Positions 1-9,692 of a stretch of DNA of 64,000 nucleotides are shown piece after piece. The DNA lies in NCBI GenBank assembly GCA_964642835.1, contig CAZXQA010000001.1:68219-132218 (forward strand), in the 5' to 3' direction. A program made the translations under genes and the position numbers. The number at the start of each line of letters is the position of its first letter. Within the stretch, counting starts at the first letter, position 1. The notes under the pieces were generated by a model. That model was not told the origin of the DNA and made no database searches. It worked only from the letters and a program-made list of their open reading frames with translations. The DNA comes from an uncultured Candidatus Saccharibacteria bacterium. Lineage in GTDB: Bacteria; Patescibacteriota; Minisyncoccia; Phycocordibacterales; Zambryskibacteraceae.

Positions 1-489
1 CTCTGCCTCTAGCATGAGTTCGAAGAGTTCATCAGTGCTCATGTCGCAGAGGCGCCTCGTTGCTCGCGGGTCCGAGTCCGGCAGAAGGTAGTAGAAGTAA
101 CTCTTTTCCCACTCCTTCGGCTCGATGAGATCGAGGTATTCCCAGAGCGCTTGCCGAGCCACAATATCTTCGAGTGCGCGCTGTGTGCGCGTGTTGAAGT
201 GGAAGACTCGGTAGCCGAATGGGGGGTGAGTGTAGCGCTCCCAGTTCAGGCCCAAGTTGAGATCGAATTCTTTGGAGCCGTTTCTGGTTTTCCAGTACCA
301 GTAGATTGGTTTCCAATACCAATCTGCTTGAGTGAGTCCAACGCCCTTTGCTCTTCGTGGTTGGCCACAGAGGCACACGTACTCAAGCGAGAGCGCGCCG
401 CCTTCCATGTTCATGTTCACCATGACCTTAATGTATGTCTGTCCGCCGATGATCTGGTCCATCCGAGTGATGGGGCGAATTCTTTTCAC
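1..489 (-). CDS. hypothetical protein (3' end runs off the window start)
   Basis: Minus-strand ORF in a frame different from the track's 32..376 ORF. GTG start at 487-489 with AGGAGG 4 nt upstream. Translation VKRIRPITRMDQIIGG...WYWKPIYWYWKTRNG... continues to position 1 without a stop. No family recognised. Confidence 0.35.
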   Translation of the reverse strand, partial: MKRIRPITRMDQIIGGQTYIKVMVNMNMEGGALSLEYVCLCGQPRRAKGVGLTQADWYWKPIYWYWKTRNGSKEFDLNLGLNWERYTHPPFGYRVFHFNTRTQRALEDIVARQALWEYLDLIEPKEWEKSYFYYLLPDSDPRATRRLCDMSTDELFELMLEAE

Positions 490-604
490 GTTACCTCCTG
501 TTTGAGTAGGGAATGTCCCCGAAAGGACGAAGTTGTACTTACTCTCTACATGATACACCCAAATAGCCTATTTGTCAAGTATCTTATGTAAACCTGGAAA
601 ACAC

Positions 605-1789
605 TTAGAGTTTTATATTGCGAAGGTAATTCGGGAGCATTTCCATAGGAATGGTGTCCTGGGCACGGGTTTGGACATTGCGGATGGTGGCGGTACCGTC
701 GAGGGCCTCCTTGTGGCCGATGATGATGAGATACGGTACACGATATTCCTCGGCACCCTTGAGCTGAACGTCGAGCTTGTCCTTGCCAATGAAGTGGTGG
801 ACGGGGATCTTCTCGCGGCGGAGCATCTCGATGAGGTTTAAGGTCTTCATCTTGGCTTCGCGGCCGAGCTGCACGAGATAGAAGCGAGCCTTGGGTAAGT
901 CTTTATATATCTTCTTCGCGCCCTCCTTCTTGTCCTGATTGAAAATATTTAACCCCGCCATCGGCACTTCCTTGCGCAGACCCATCTTCTTCCCTAGACG
1001 GGAGTAGCGATAGCCTAAGGCGAGGAAGGGATTCTTCGCTCCCGTTTCTATGTCACCTTGCCCGCGACGAATGCCGAAGACGGTGTGCGAGGCATGGTTC
1101 TTCTCGGCGATGAGCGAGTTGTCGAGACCGAACTCAACACCCAAGGACTCGACGAACTCGAGCACCTCCTTGAAGTGAGCGCGCGCGGCACTCGTGAGGA
1201 AGTTGATGGAGGAAGGGGCGGCGGCGGCGAGCTCGCGCATGGCTTCTTCTTCGTGTCGGAAGAGGTTGAAGATGTCCTTCTTGAGACTCTCGCGAAGGTC
1301 CTCTGGGAGACCGGTGCCAGACTTCCTTACGAAGTTGCCCAGCTCACGCTCATAGGAAGCGAGAGAGTCCTTGTCCCCGATGCAGTTGAGATCGACGCGC
1401 ATGTTCTCGAGACCTTCCTCGGCGAGGATGGAGAGACCGGCGCGAATGAGGGCCGCTTCCGCAATGCCCGTCGGCGCGCCGATGTAGTGGAGGCTGTATC
1501 CGCCTGGGGTTACGAGACCACTCGCGCGCTTCTTGGGAGTGGATTTGCGATAAATGAGCGCGAGCGGATGGGGGAGATCGGCGAAGTTCTCTTCTATATA
1601 GGTGCGAATGAGGGCGGCCTTCTCGACGGCGTCGTAGTGCGGCAGCTCGGCGCAGAAGTCGGCCGCGGCGAAGTCGGCTTCAGTCAAGCGCGGCGCGGCA
1701 ATGGGCGTGAAGCCGAAGTAGCTCGCGGTGATGAGAGGCTTATCGAATTCGGTGTTCTGCCAGGTGGGTCGCGACGCTGCCTTATTCAT
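605..1789 (-). CDS. hisS: histidyl-tRNA synthetase family protein (class II aaRS core plus HGPT-type anticodon-binding domain, with a divergent motif 2)
   Basis: The C-terminal ~95 aa (RFYLVQLGREAKMKTLNLIEMLRREKIPVHHFIG...YLIIIGHKEALDGTATIRNV) is a typical class IIa anticodon-binding domain. The core shows HisRS-like LHYIGAP and GYRYSRLG (motif-3-like), but the motif 2 arginines are not evident. Confidence 0.55.
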   Translation of the reverse strand: MNKAASRPTWQNTEFDKPLITASYFGFTPIAAPRLTEADFAAADFCAELPHYDAVEKAALIRTYIEENFADLPHPLALIYRKSTPKKRASGLVTPGGYSLHYIGAPTGIAEAALIRAGLSILAEEGLENMRVDLNCIGDKDSLASYERELGNFVRKSGTGLPEDLRESLKKDIFNLFRHEEEAMRELAAAAPSSINFLTSAARAHFKEVLEFVESLGVEFGLDNSLIAEKNHASHTVFGIRRGQGDIETGAKNPFLALGYRYSRLGKKMGLRKEVPMAGLNIFNQDKKEGAKKIYKDLPKARFYLVQLGREAKMKTLNLIEMLRREKIPVHHFIGKDKLDVQLKGAEEYRVPYLIIIGHKEALDGTATIRNVQTRAQDTIPMEMLPNYLRNIKL

Positions 1790-1803
1790 ATTGTGGGTCT
1801 CGG

Positions 1804-2382
1804 TTAGTTGCTCTGGTAGGTCGGATGGTTGCCCGGGAAGAAGCCGAATGGAAGGGCGCGGAGGAATGGTCGCCCGACAATATCACTCGTTGGCACTGGT
1901 CCCCAGAGGCGCGAGTCGGCACTCTGCGCGCGGTTGTCACCCATGACGAAGTACTCGCCCTGGCCCAAGGTATACGAGAGCGTGTCGGCCTTCGTCCATT
2001 CGACATATGGCTCATCCAGTACCAAGCCCTCTGGGTATTGCGAAGAGGTAATTGTTACGCGGCCTTCCTTAATGGAAACGATTTCGCCTGGCAAGCCGAT
2101 AATGCGCTTGATAAACGACTTCGAGGGGTCCTTCGGGTACTTAAAGACAAGCACCGAGCCGCGCTCTGGGGTCTCGAAGCGGTACGAGAGCTCGTCGACA
2201 ATGAGGTAGTCGCCGTCTTTGAAGGTGGGATACATCGACGCGCCCTCAACGACGAATGGCTGAGCGATCCAGAGACGGAATGGCACGACGATGACGATCG
2301 AGAGAACGGCCAGTTTGAGAAGTTCCTTCCAATCCCAGAAGCTCTTTGGCGTCACGATCTGGTTTTTGGAATTTTTTTCCAT
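1804..2382 (-). CDS. lepB: signal peptidase I
   Basis: From the internal Met (MEKNSKNQ...): a TM anchor then GASMYPTFKDGDYLIVD...FIKRIIGLPGE...GDNRAQSADSR, which are the S26 peptidase boxes. The 5' extension in the track ORF is unlikely. Confidence 0.8.
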   Translation of the reverse strand: MEKNSKNQIVTPKSFWDWKELLKLAVLSIVIVVPFRLWIAQPFVVEGASMYPTFKDGDYLIVDELSYRFETPERGSVLVFKYPKDPSKSFIKRIIGLPGEIVSIKEGRVTITSSQYPEGLVLDEPYVEWTKADTLSYTLGQGEYFVMGDNRAQSADSRLWGPVPTSDIVGRPFLRALPFGFFPGNHPTYQSN

Positions 2383-2431
2383 ACGAATTACAGAGATTGT
2401 ATTATTTAAGTTCGTTTGACACAATAGCTGC

Positions 2432-2959
2432 ATGTATATCGTCGTTGGTTTGGGCAATCCTGGGAGCGAATATGAGAAGACTCGGCACAATACGGGTCGT
2501 CTTGCGAGTGAAGTTGTCGCGGAAAAGGTGGAGAAGGTCAAGGTGCTCGTCCCCGATACCTTCATGAATAAGACCGGCAGCGCAGTGATGAAAGTCGTCA
2601 AGAGTAAAAAGGCGGCCGAGAAATTAATTGTAATCTATGACGATCTCGATCTGCCCCTCGGAACGATGAAAGTCTCCTTTGATCGCGGCTCAGGCGGACA
2701 CAATGGCTTGGAGTCCATCATCAAAGCGGTGAAGACGCGCGCTTTCACCCGCATTCGTGTCGGCATCGCGCCTGTGACACCCTCGGGCAAGATGAAGGGG
2801 CGTCCGGCTGGAGGCAAAGAGCTTGAGTCCTATATTCTCGGTGACTGGAAGCCGAAGGAAATGGAAATTTTAAAAAAGGTGTTCAAAAAAGTAGCCGAAG
2901 CCGTCGAAATTCTTAAAGAAGAGGGTCTCCAGAGCGCGATGACGAAGTGTAATTCATAA
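2432..2959 (+). CDS. pth: peptidyl-tRNA hydrolase
   Basis: MYIVVGLGNPGSEYEKTRHNTG...FMNKTG...GGHNGLES is the canonical Pth signature. Confidence 0.9.
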   Translation: MYIVVGLGNPGSEYEKTRHNTGRLASEVVAEKVEKVKVLVPDTFMNKTGSAVMKVVKSKKAAEKLIVIYDDLDLPLGTMKVSFDRGSGGHNGLESIIKAVKTRAFTRIRVGIAPVTPSGKMKGRPAGGKELESYILGDWKPKEMEILKKVFKKVAEAVEILKEEGLQSAMTKCNS

Positions 2960-2962
2960 AGC

Positions 2963-3727
2963 ATGGTTGATCGTATTAGAAACAACTTCTCCGGCGTTGT
3001 GGGTGCGTACGTTAAGTATCGTCGCGGTTATACGGCAGAGGTATACGAAGTGATGTATGCTTTTTGCCCTGACATAAACTCTCGCGTTCTGGATGTCGGT
3101 TGCGGTACGGGGATCGTGACCAACGAGCTGGCGGGTCATTATGCACATGTTACCGGCATTGATATTGCCGAGAAGATGCTTGAAGTAGCTCGTATCAATA
3201 AACTGGATAACGTTGATCTGCTCGCCGCTTCTGCAGAGAATCTTCCTTTCTTCGATGCTTCATTTGACTTAGTGACCGCTTCCGTCGCGTATCACTGGTT
3301 CAATTATGACAAGGCGGGGAAAGAAATTGTCCGGGTCCTTAAGCCGCAGGGTAAGTTATGCGTTATCTCGAAATATATTCCCGAAAGCTTGGCCGCCGGA
3401 GCTCCCGGATACTTGCCGCTTTTCGCCCTGGAGAATTTGGAGAAGTTTGTTCCCGAAGTGCCTCATACGAATAAAGAGAAGATCGGTGAGCCCATATTTA
3501 CCCGGGTCGGTTTTACGCAGGTAAGCTCCCGTAAAGTGGAGATTGATGACGTCTATACCAAAGAAGAAATTCTTGGCTTCATCCAGTCTCACTCGACGTT
3601 TAACCTGTTAACCTCGGAGCAGCAGGAGGAATATAAAAAGCTCAATGAGAAGTCCGTCGACCAACATCTCGTCGACGGGAAATATACCATCAAAGCCTGC
3701 GTCGAAATGTGGTTGTGTAATAAATAA
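2963..3727 (+). CDS. class I SAM-dependent methyltransferase
   Basis: VLDVGCGTGIVTNELA glycine-rich SAM motif I, then LKPQGKLCV (post I / motif II region). Confidence 0.75.
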   Translation: MVDRIRNNFSGVVGAYVKYRRGYTAEVYEVMYAFCPDINSRVLDVGCGTGIVTNELAGHYAHVTGIDIAEKMLEVARINKLDNVDLLAASAENLPFFDASFDLVTASVAYHWFNYDKAGKEIVRVLKPQGKLCVISKYIPESLAAGAPGYLPLFALENLEKFVPEVPHTNKEKIGEPIFTRVGFTQVSSRKVEIDDVYTKEEILGFIQSHSTFNLLTSEQQEEYKKLNEKSVDQHLVDGKYTIKACVEMWLCNK

Positions 3728-3766
3728 AACACGCCGCGAACTGTTCGTCAGTTCGCGGCGGGGAGG

Positions 3767-4258
3767 TCAGGAGTGGCCGAATGGCTTTGTTGATTTCGGC
3801 TCGTACCACTCATCGAGGTAGCTGTCGAAGTAATTATTGTGGGGGAACGGACGTTCTCGCAGATGCTGGTGATTGCGGACAAAGCAAAATGGAGTAAGGA
3901 ACTTCATAAGCTTCTCGGCCTCACCATCCGTCTTGTTGAAGAAGAGTTGGGAAGGGAAGATCGAGACGAGTTCGGCATACCCATTCGTGTTGTCGTCCCT
4001 CACCGTGTAGAGCTGGATAGCACTTCCATTCAAGAGGTCATACTGATCCAGCTGAGCCGTTTCTCGGTACAAATCTCCGCTACGGCCGCCGCTCATTCGC
4101 CATTCGGATAATGACTTGTAGTAGGACTTCTCAAAGTATTCTCGTACCGCCTCGATTATGCCGGCCAGATCTTTTGAGACGCAGAGGTAAAAACCGCCTG
4201 AGGTCAGAATCATAAAGCTCCTTTTGGGAAGGCAAGAATGACTTATGTCTGAAAACAT
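3767..4258 (-). CDS. hypothetical protein
   Basis: 163-aa ORF with AAGGAG 8 nt upstream of the ATG. No recognisable family. Confidence 0.4.
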   Translation of the reverse strand: MFSDISHSCLPKRSFMILTSGGFYLCVSKDLAGIIEAVREYFEKSYYKSLSEWRMSGGRSGDLYRETAQLDQYDLLNGSAIQLYTVRDDNTNGYAELVSIFPSQLFFNKTDGEAEKLMKFLTPFCFVRNHQHLRERPFPHNNYFDSYLDEWYEPKSTKPFGHS

Positions 4259-4282
4259 ATTACGTATCTCCTTTGAAATAGC

Positions 4283-4308
4283 AAAATCCGCCCCGAAGGG
4301 CGGATTTT
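4283..4308. terminator. bidirectional rho-independent terminator hairpin
   Basis: aaaaTCCGCCCcgaaGGGCGGAtttt: a perfect 7-bp GC stem with a tetraloop, flanked by A and T runs, downstream of rpsA. Confidence 0.5.
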
Positions 4309-4328
4309 GCGTACAAAGCGTTTGAGAA

Positions 4329-5525
4329 TTACTTCGCGATGTAGCTCAAGGCCATCTTCTGCTCCTTCGGATCGAAGAGGGTGATCTTGAAGTTGTAGAC
4401 CTTACCCATTTCAAGCGTGGAGCGGAGCTTTTCCTCCGAACCGAACTCAGAAATGTGAACCAAGCCCGCGACACCTTCCTCAATCGAGGCCAAGGCACCG
4501 TGCTTGTTGAACTTAATGATAACGCCGGAGACAGTGTCGTCCTTCTTGTACTTCTTCTCCGCTTCGCGCCATGGGTTCTCCTTCAAGGCCTTGATCGAGA
4601 GGGAAATCTTGCCCTCCTTGATCTCGATAACCTTCACGCGGACCTTCTCACCAATCTTGAACATGGTCTTTGGATTCTCGACGAGACCCCAATCGATTTC
4701 GGAGATGTGCACGAGGCCTTCGAGACCTTCTTCAAGCTTCACGAAGACACCGAAGTCGACGAGACCCGTCACTTCACCTGCTACTTCGTCGCCCAAAGCG
4801 TACTTCGAGAGCGTCGTTTCCTTGTCCTTAGTCTCAGGAGACTTCTCGGAGAAGATGAGCTTGCCCTCCTTCGGGTTCGCGCCGATCATCGTCACGAGGA
4901 GACGTTCACCCACGAGCTTCCTCAATTCATCGAGGATCTTGTCCTTGTCACCGTCCGCGATGCGCGGATAGTGCTCAGGCTTCAACTGAGAAGCGGGGAG
5001 GAAGCCAGTAATGCCCTGCCAGTTGATGATCAGACCACCCTTGTTGGCATCCATGACTGGGAGATCGAAGGCGCGCTTCTCCTTGATAGCATCCTCAGCT
5101 TCCGACCAGATAATGGCCTGACGAGCTTCCTTAAGAGAGATCTCGATGTAGCCTTCCTTGCCACCGAAGTCGACGACCTTGCCGTTCACTGTGTCGCCTA
5201 CGTTAATGCGCTTGATAATGTCGCGCGCGTTCTGGAATTCCTTGCCGTAAATGATACCGGTACCGAACGGAGGGAGGTCAATGTAAACCGCGCCCTTGTC
5301 GATCGAGATTACCGGACCCTCGACCATGTCGTCGATCGCTGGGGGAACAGGGAGCGTCTCGAGGTACGAGTTAACAGCCTCGGCGGCGGCGTCGAGGACC
5401 TTTTCTTTCTTTACCTTAGGAGCTTTCTCCTTCTTTACCGCTTCCTTCTTGGGAGCTTTAACAGTCTCAACGACCGCGTCCGAAGCTTCTGCTTCAGTTT
5501 TCTTCTTTCTGCCGAACAATGCCAT
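4329..5525 (-). CDS. rpsA: 30S ribosomal protein S1-like (multiple S1 RNA-binding domains)
   Basis: Repeated S1 motifs (GxV.G.V...FGxFV...G.EGLxHISE) three to four times. Start taken at MALFGRKKK; the upstream Met at 5561 is also possible. No clear SD for either. Confidence 0.75.
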   Translation of the reverse strand: MALFGRKKKTEAEASDAVVETVKAPKKEAVKKEKAPKVKKEKVLDAAAEAVNSYLETLPVPPAIDDMVEGPVISIDKGAVYIDLPPFGTGIIYGKEFQNARDIIKRINVGDTVNGKVVDFGGKEGYIEISLKEARQAIIWSEAEDAIKEKRAFDLPVMDANKGGLIINWQGITGFLPASQLKPEHYPRIADGDKDKILDELRKLVGERLLVTMIGANPKEGKLIFSEKSPETKDKETTLSKYALGDEVAGEVTGLVDFGVFVKLEEGLEGLVHISEIDWGLVENPKTMFKIGEKVRVKVIEIKEGKISLSIKALKENPWREAEKKYKKDDTVSGVIIKFNKHGALASIEEGVAGLVHISEFGSEEKLRSTLEMGKVYNFKITLFDPKEQKMALSYIAK

Positions 5526-5640
5526 ATATAGTGTGTGCCGTTGCCGGTCCTCGTGGGTCATCAGTGGTTGCCAGACCGCGAGGGATAACGGAAACGGGGG
5601 TTAATAAGGAACGGGGCCATAGTAACATATTTTGAGCATA

Positions 5641-5672
5641 AGAAAAGGGCAGACCGTGGAGGTCTGCCCTTG
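5641..5672 (-). terminator. rho-independent terminator
   Basis: GGGCAGACcgtggagGTCTGCCC hairpin. On the minus strand it is followed by a T-run, downstream of the 5693..6166 gene. Confidence 0.45.
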
Positions 5673-5692
5673 TGTTGTGTTCATCTTCCGTC

Positions 5693-6166
5693 TTACTGAA
5701 TGGCTTCCTTCGGTGCGCAGAGTTGGCCAACGAAGTCATGCATGAAGGCAAGTGCGCCCTGCGTGTCACCATTGCTTCGGAGACGTGTCAGCGCTTCTTC
5801 AGTCTTGCGGCGCGTGTCGCTGTTGAGAAACTGATTGAGACCGCTGTGACTCATCACGACGTAGGCCCAAGTCGAGGGCGCGTCGTAGCTCTCAGCTTTC
5901 TTGTTGATGAGCTCGGAAATGATCTTGAGAATCTCAGTCGACTTCGGCTCGAACTGCTCAGGCGTCACACTGAGCTCGGCACCCTTGATGTCAAGAATGG
6001 TCGCGAGCTGGTGACCTTTTGCGATGAAGGCGAGCATCCGCTTCATCTCGTCGACTTGTGTTTCGAGTTGGCGCTTGTGCTGCAGGAACTGCGTGATGCA
6101 GTAGACCATGCCGAGCAATCCTACTGTGAAGATCACCGTGAGAACGACGATTGCAATGCTGTTCAT
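5693..6166 (-). CDS. hypothetical membrane-anchored protein
   Basis: N-terminal TM helix (MNSIAIVVLTVIFTVGLLGMVYCI) then a soluble domain. Start taken at the internal Met. Confidence 0.45.
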   Translation of the reverse strand: MNSIAIVVLTVIFTVGLLGMVYCITQFLQHKRQLETQVDEMKRMLAFIAKGHQLATILDIKGAELSVTPEQFEPKSTEILKIISELINKKAESYDAPSTWAYVVMSHSGLNQFLNSDTRRKTEEALTRLRSNGDTQGALAFMHDFVGQLCAPKEAIQ

Positions 6167-6313
6167 GTCACTATCCTTGTGGAAGAGCAAAGAAAGAATA
6201 GAAAGCGGAATTGCCTCCCATCCCTTCCTCACGTCTTTTTATATCCTATCATATATTAATCTTTTTGTCAAGCATGATATTTGAGGGCTAATTTGCTATA
6301 CTTCGGGGTACAT

Positions 6314-6877
6314 ATGATTATCACGCACCAGGGTGGAGGGAGCTTGAAGATTTCTCATGGCGACTTGTCGCTCGCCGTTAACCCTCCGGCCAAAACGAGC
6401 GCCGACGTGACCCTCTTCTCGACGCTCCGCGCCGAAACAGCCGAGAAATCAGGCTTCGTCATCGACGGCCCCGGTGAGTACGAAGTGAAAGATATCTTCA
6501 TCAAGGGCTTCCTCTCCGAGGGCAAAGATGTCTACAACACCATTTACCTCATCACCTTCGAAGGGATGAAGCTCTGCATCCTCGGTGCCTTGGCGAACCC
6601 AGAACTCAAGTCGGAACTTATCGAATCTCTCGAGGATATCGATATCCTTTTCGTGCCAGCTGGAGGCGCTGCCGTTCTCGAACCAGCTGCCGCTTACAAG
6701 CTTGCCGTTTCTCTTGAGCCTTCGGTTATTATCCCAACTCACACCGACAAGACCTCTCTCTCGCAGTTCTTGAAGGAAGGAGGCCAAGCCACTGTTGCCG
6801 CGATTGAGAAGTATGTCGTGAAGAAAAAGGATCTCGAAGGCAAGGAGGGCGAAGTCGTAGTGTTGAAAGAAGAGTAA
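6314..6877 (+). CDS. MBL-fold metallo-hydrolase (UPF0173/UlaG-like)
   Basis: MIITHQGGGSLKISHGDLSLAVNPP...ILFVPAGGA...IIPTHTD matches beta-lactamase-fold metal-binding region patterns. The track ORF starts at an upstream TTG (6281). Confidence 0.65.
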   Translation: MIITHQGGGSLKISHGDLSLAVNPPAKTSADVTLFSTLRAETAEKSGFVIDGPGEYEVKDIFIKGFLSEGKDVYNTIYLITFEGMKLCILGALANPELKSELIESLEDIDILFVPAGGAAVLEPAAAYKLAVSLEPSVIIPTHTDKTSLSQFLKEGGQATVAAIEKYVVKKKDLEGKEGEVVVLKEE

Positions 6878-6887
6878 CCAATACATT

Positions 6888-7229
6888 ATGAGAACATATC
6901 TCTCCACTCTCCGTCAGCGGCCCGAACATCATCAGAAGAATTTCTCGATGGCGGTTTCCGGCGCGGTGACGCTCGTGATCTTCGCGGGCTGGCTCATGGT
7001 GAGGACGCATGGCAGTGAAGTGGTGGCCGAGAATCCGACCGGCACCCGCACTCTCGCCGCGGTGAACGAAGTGGGACCGCTCGAATCTCTCGGTGACTCC
7101 TTCACCTCCGCGTGGAACTCGCTCAAGGCTGGTTGGGGGACGCTCACCGAGAGCATAGGGGAAATTGACGTCCGTTCGGGTTATGATGAACTCCGCGAGG
7201 AGTCGAGTGTCAGCACGTATGGCAACTAA
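6888..7229 (+). CDS. hypothetical small membrane-anchored protein
   Basis: ORF with one hydrophobic helix ([17 protein letters not shown]). It overlaps the gyrA start by 11 nt. Confidence 0.3.
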   Translation: MRTYLSTLRQRPEHHQKNFSMAVSGAVTLVIFAGWLMVRTHGSEVVAENPTGTRTLAAVNEVGPLESLGDSFTSAWNSLKAGWGTLTESIGEIDVRSGYDELREESSVSTYGN

Positions 7230-9675
7230 CGAAGAAACAAACATTCCAAACGCCGGCGACCGCATTGTCGCTCGCCAGATCACGGCCGAGATGAAGGACT
7301 CCTTCATCGACTACGCGATGTCGGTTATTACCGACCGCGCTCTTCCTGACGTCCGCGACGGCTTGAAGCCGGTGCACCGCCGCATTCTGTTCTCCATGCA
7401 TGAGAAGGGCCTCACCGCTTCCGCGAAGACTCGTAAGTCCGCAACGGTGGTGGGAGACGTGATCGGTTCGTATCACCCGCACGGCGACGTCGCCGTCTAT
7501 GACGCCATGGTTCGCTTGGCACAGGACTTCGCCATGCGCTATCCGCTCGTCATTGGCCAAGGTAACTTCGGTTCGATCGACGGCGACGGCGCGGCCGCTT
7601 ACCGCTATACCGAGGCGAAGATGAGTAAGCTCGCGAGCGAAATGCTTCGCGACATCGACAAGGAGACCGTCGACTTCCGTCCGAACTACGACGGAACCAA
7701 GGAGGAGCCGGTGGTCTTGCCAGCGGCCGCGCCGAACCTCCTTCTGAACGGTCAGCTAGGTATCGCCGTCGGTATGGCGACGAACATTCCGCCGCACAAC
7801 TTGAACGAAGTCGTCGACGCGACGATCATGCTCGTGAACGACCCGGAGGCTACGACCGAGGATCTCCTTGAGTTCGTGAAGGGCCCTGACTTCCCAACGG
7901 GGGGCGTCATTTTCAATGAAAAAGATATTCATCAGGCGTATGCCACCGGTCGTGGTCCTGTCGTAACGCGCGGCGTCGCCGAGATCACCGAGAACAAGAA
8001 GGGCGATTTCCAAATCATCATTTCCGAAATTCCGTATCGCGTGAACAAGGCTGACCTCATCGAGAAGATCGCCGAACTTCACCGCGAGAAGAAAATCGAA
8101 GGCATCAAGGGTTTGCGCGACGAATCGACGAAGGATATCCGCATCGCCATTGATTTGAAGCAGGGCAGTCAACCGCAGAAGGTGTTGAACTCTCTCTATA
8201 AGCACACCCAACTCGAGGACACCTTCCACTTGAACCTCGTGGCGCTCGTCGACGGCGTGCCGCAAACACTCTCACTCAAGGCCATTCTCGAAGAATTCAT
8301 CAAGCATCGCAAAGACGTCGTGAAGCGCCGCGCCACCTACGATCTGCGCATCGCCGAGGCGCGCGAACACATTCTCCTGGGTCTCTCGAAGGCTCTCGAC
8401 CACATTGACGAGATCATCAGGCTCATCAAGGCCTCAAAGAATGTCGAAGAAGCGCGCGATAATCTCATGAAGAAGTACAAGTTCTCGGAGATTCAGGCGA
8501 ACGCCATTCTCGAAATGCGCCTCCAGAAGCTCTCTGGCCTCGAGCGTCAGAAGATCGAAGACGAGCTCAAAGAAGTTCAGGATCTCATCAAAGAGTTGAA
8601 GGAGCTTCTTGCTTCCGCGGCGAAGATCCTCAAGGTAGTGAAGGACGAACTCGAATCCCTGAAGGAGAAGTACGGCGACGCTCGCCGCACGCGCGTCATG
8701 AAGGGCGCCGTGAAGAACCTCTCTGTCGAGGATCTTATTCCAGAAGAAGAAAACGCCCTCGTCCTCACCTCGGGCGGTTACATCAAGCGCACGAACCCTG
8801 ACGAGTACAAGCGCCAGAAGCGCGGTGGTGTCGGCGTCGTCGACCTTGATACCAAGGAGGAAGACTTCGTGACGAATTTCCTTACCGCGTCTACTCACGA
8901 CGACCTCCTCTTCTTCACCAACCGCGGTAAGGCCTACCAGATCAAGATGTATGACCTTCCGGAAGGCAAGCGAGCCACGAAGGGTAAGGCGATCGTAAAC
9001 TTCATCGCTCTCTCGGACGATGAACGCGTTACCTCGATTCTCCCGATGCCGAAGAACTTAAAGCAGATCGAAGGCTCGCTCCTTATGATCACCGCCCAGG
9101 GTACGGGCAAGAAGGTTTCCGCCAAGTCCTTCCACGACGTCCGCTCCTCGGGCATTATCGCTATCCGTCTCGACGCCGGCGACAGCCTGGTCTCAGTTTC
9201 GCACGTAGAGAAGGGTGATGACGCCTCGATCGTGACAAAGGAGGGAATGTCCATCCGTTTCAAAGAGTCAGACATCCGCGAGATGGGCCGCACGGCGGGC
9301 GGTGTTCGTGCCATGAAGCTCGACAAGAATGACGTCGTCGTCGGCGCGCATGTTATTAAAAAGGAATACAAAGATTGCTGGCTTCTCGTTATTTCGGCGA
9401 ACGGCTACGGCAAGCGCACGGAACTTTCTGAATACAAGATCCAGGGCCGCGGCGGCTCCGGCATTCTTACCTCCAAAGTGACGGCGAAGACGGGAGAAGT
9501 CATTTCCTCGCAGATTATTCACTCCGAAGAAGAAGAGGTGGTTGCCATTTCCAAAAAGAGTCAGGTTGTCCGCACCGGCGTCAATGAAATCCCTGTTCTC
9601 TCCCGCTCCACGCAGGGAGTAAGAATTATGAAACTTCGTGAAGGGGATAGCTTGGCTTCCCTCATCTGTTTGTAG
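7219..9675 (+). CDS. gyrA: DNA gyrase subunit A
   Basis: [42 protein letters not shown]...GNFGSIDGD...AAYRYTEA are canonical GyrA N-terminal motifs, including the active-site Tyr region. C-terminal beta-pinwheel repeats are present. Confidence 0.95.
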   Translation: MATNEETNIPNAGDRIVARQITAEMKDSFIDYAMSVITDRALPDVRDGLKPVHRRILFSMHEKGLTASAKTRKSATVVGDVIGSYHPHGDVAVYDAMVRLAQDFAMRYPLVIGQGNFGSIDGDGAAAYRYTEAKMSKLASEMLRDIDKETVDFRPNYDGTKEEPVVLPAAAPNLLLNGQLGIAVGMATNIPPHNLNEVVDATIMLVNDPEATTEDLLEFVKGPDFPTGGVIFNEKDIHQAYATGRGPVVTRGVAEITENKKGDFQIIISEIPYRVNKADLIEKIAELHREKKIEGIKGLRDESTKDIRIAIDLKQGSQPQKVLNSLYKHTQLEDTFHLNLVALVDGVPQTLSLKAILEEFIKHRKDVVKRRATYDLRIAEAREHILLGLSKALDHIDEIIRLIKASKNVEEARDNLMKKYKFSEIQANAILEMRLQKLSGLERQKIEDELKEVQDLIKELKELLASAAKILKVVKDELESLKEKYGDARRTRVMKGAVKNLSVEDLIPEEENALVLTSGGYIKRTNPDEYKRQKRGGVGVVDLDTKEEDFVTNFLTASTHDDLLFFTNRGKAYQIKMYDLPEGKRATKGKAIVNFIALSDDERVTSILPMPKNLKQIEGSLLMITAQGTGKKVSAKSFHDVRSSGIIAIRLDAGDSLVSVSHVEKGDDASIVTKEGMSIRFKESDIREMGRTAGGVRAMKLDKNDVVVGAHVIKKEYKDCWLLVISANGYGKRTELSEYKIQGRGGSGILTSKVTAKTGEVISSQIIHSEEEEVVAISKKSQVVRTGVNEIPVLSRSTQGVRIMKLREGDSLASLICL

Positions 9676-9692
9676 CCGCTACAATAAGGAGT

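Noticed and set aside
32-376. Track ORF 32..376 (minus) and 151..591 (plus) as genes
   Set aside because: Both are out-of-frame shadows of the real minus-strand gene (1..489), which has a perfect RBS and an uninterrupted frame to the window edge.
1-489. Identification of the first partial gene as thymidylate synthase (ThyX or ThyA)
   Set aside because: No RHRxxS ThyX motif and none of the ThyA signature blocks. The similarity was only impressionistic.
7756-9522. Multiple antisense ORFs inside gyrA (7756..8265, 8434..8898, 8934..9371, 9268..9522 and others)
   Set aside because: High-GC antisense frames commonly stay open. They have no RBS, overlap a well-supported essential gene, and their products are low-complexity. 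The same applies to antisense ORFs in dnaE, clpB, infB and smc.
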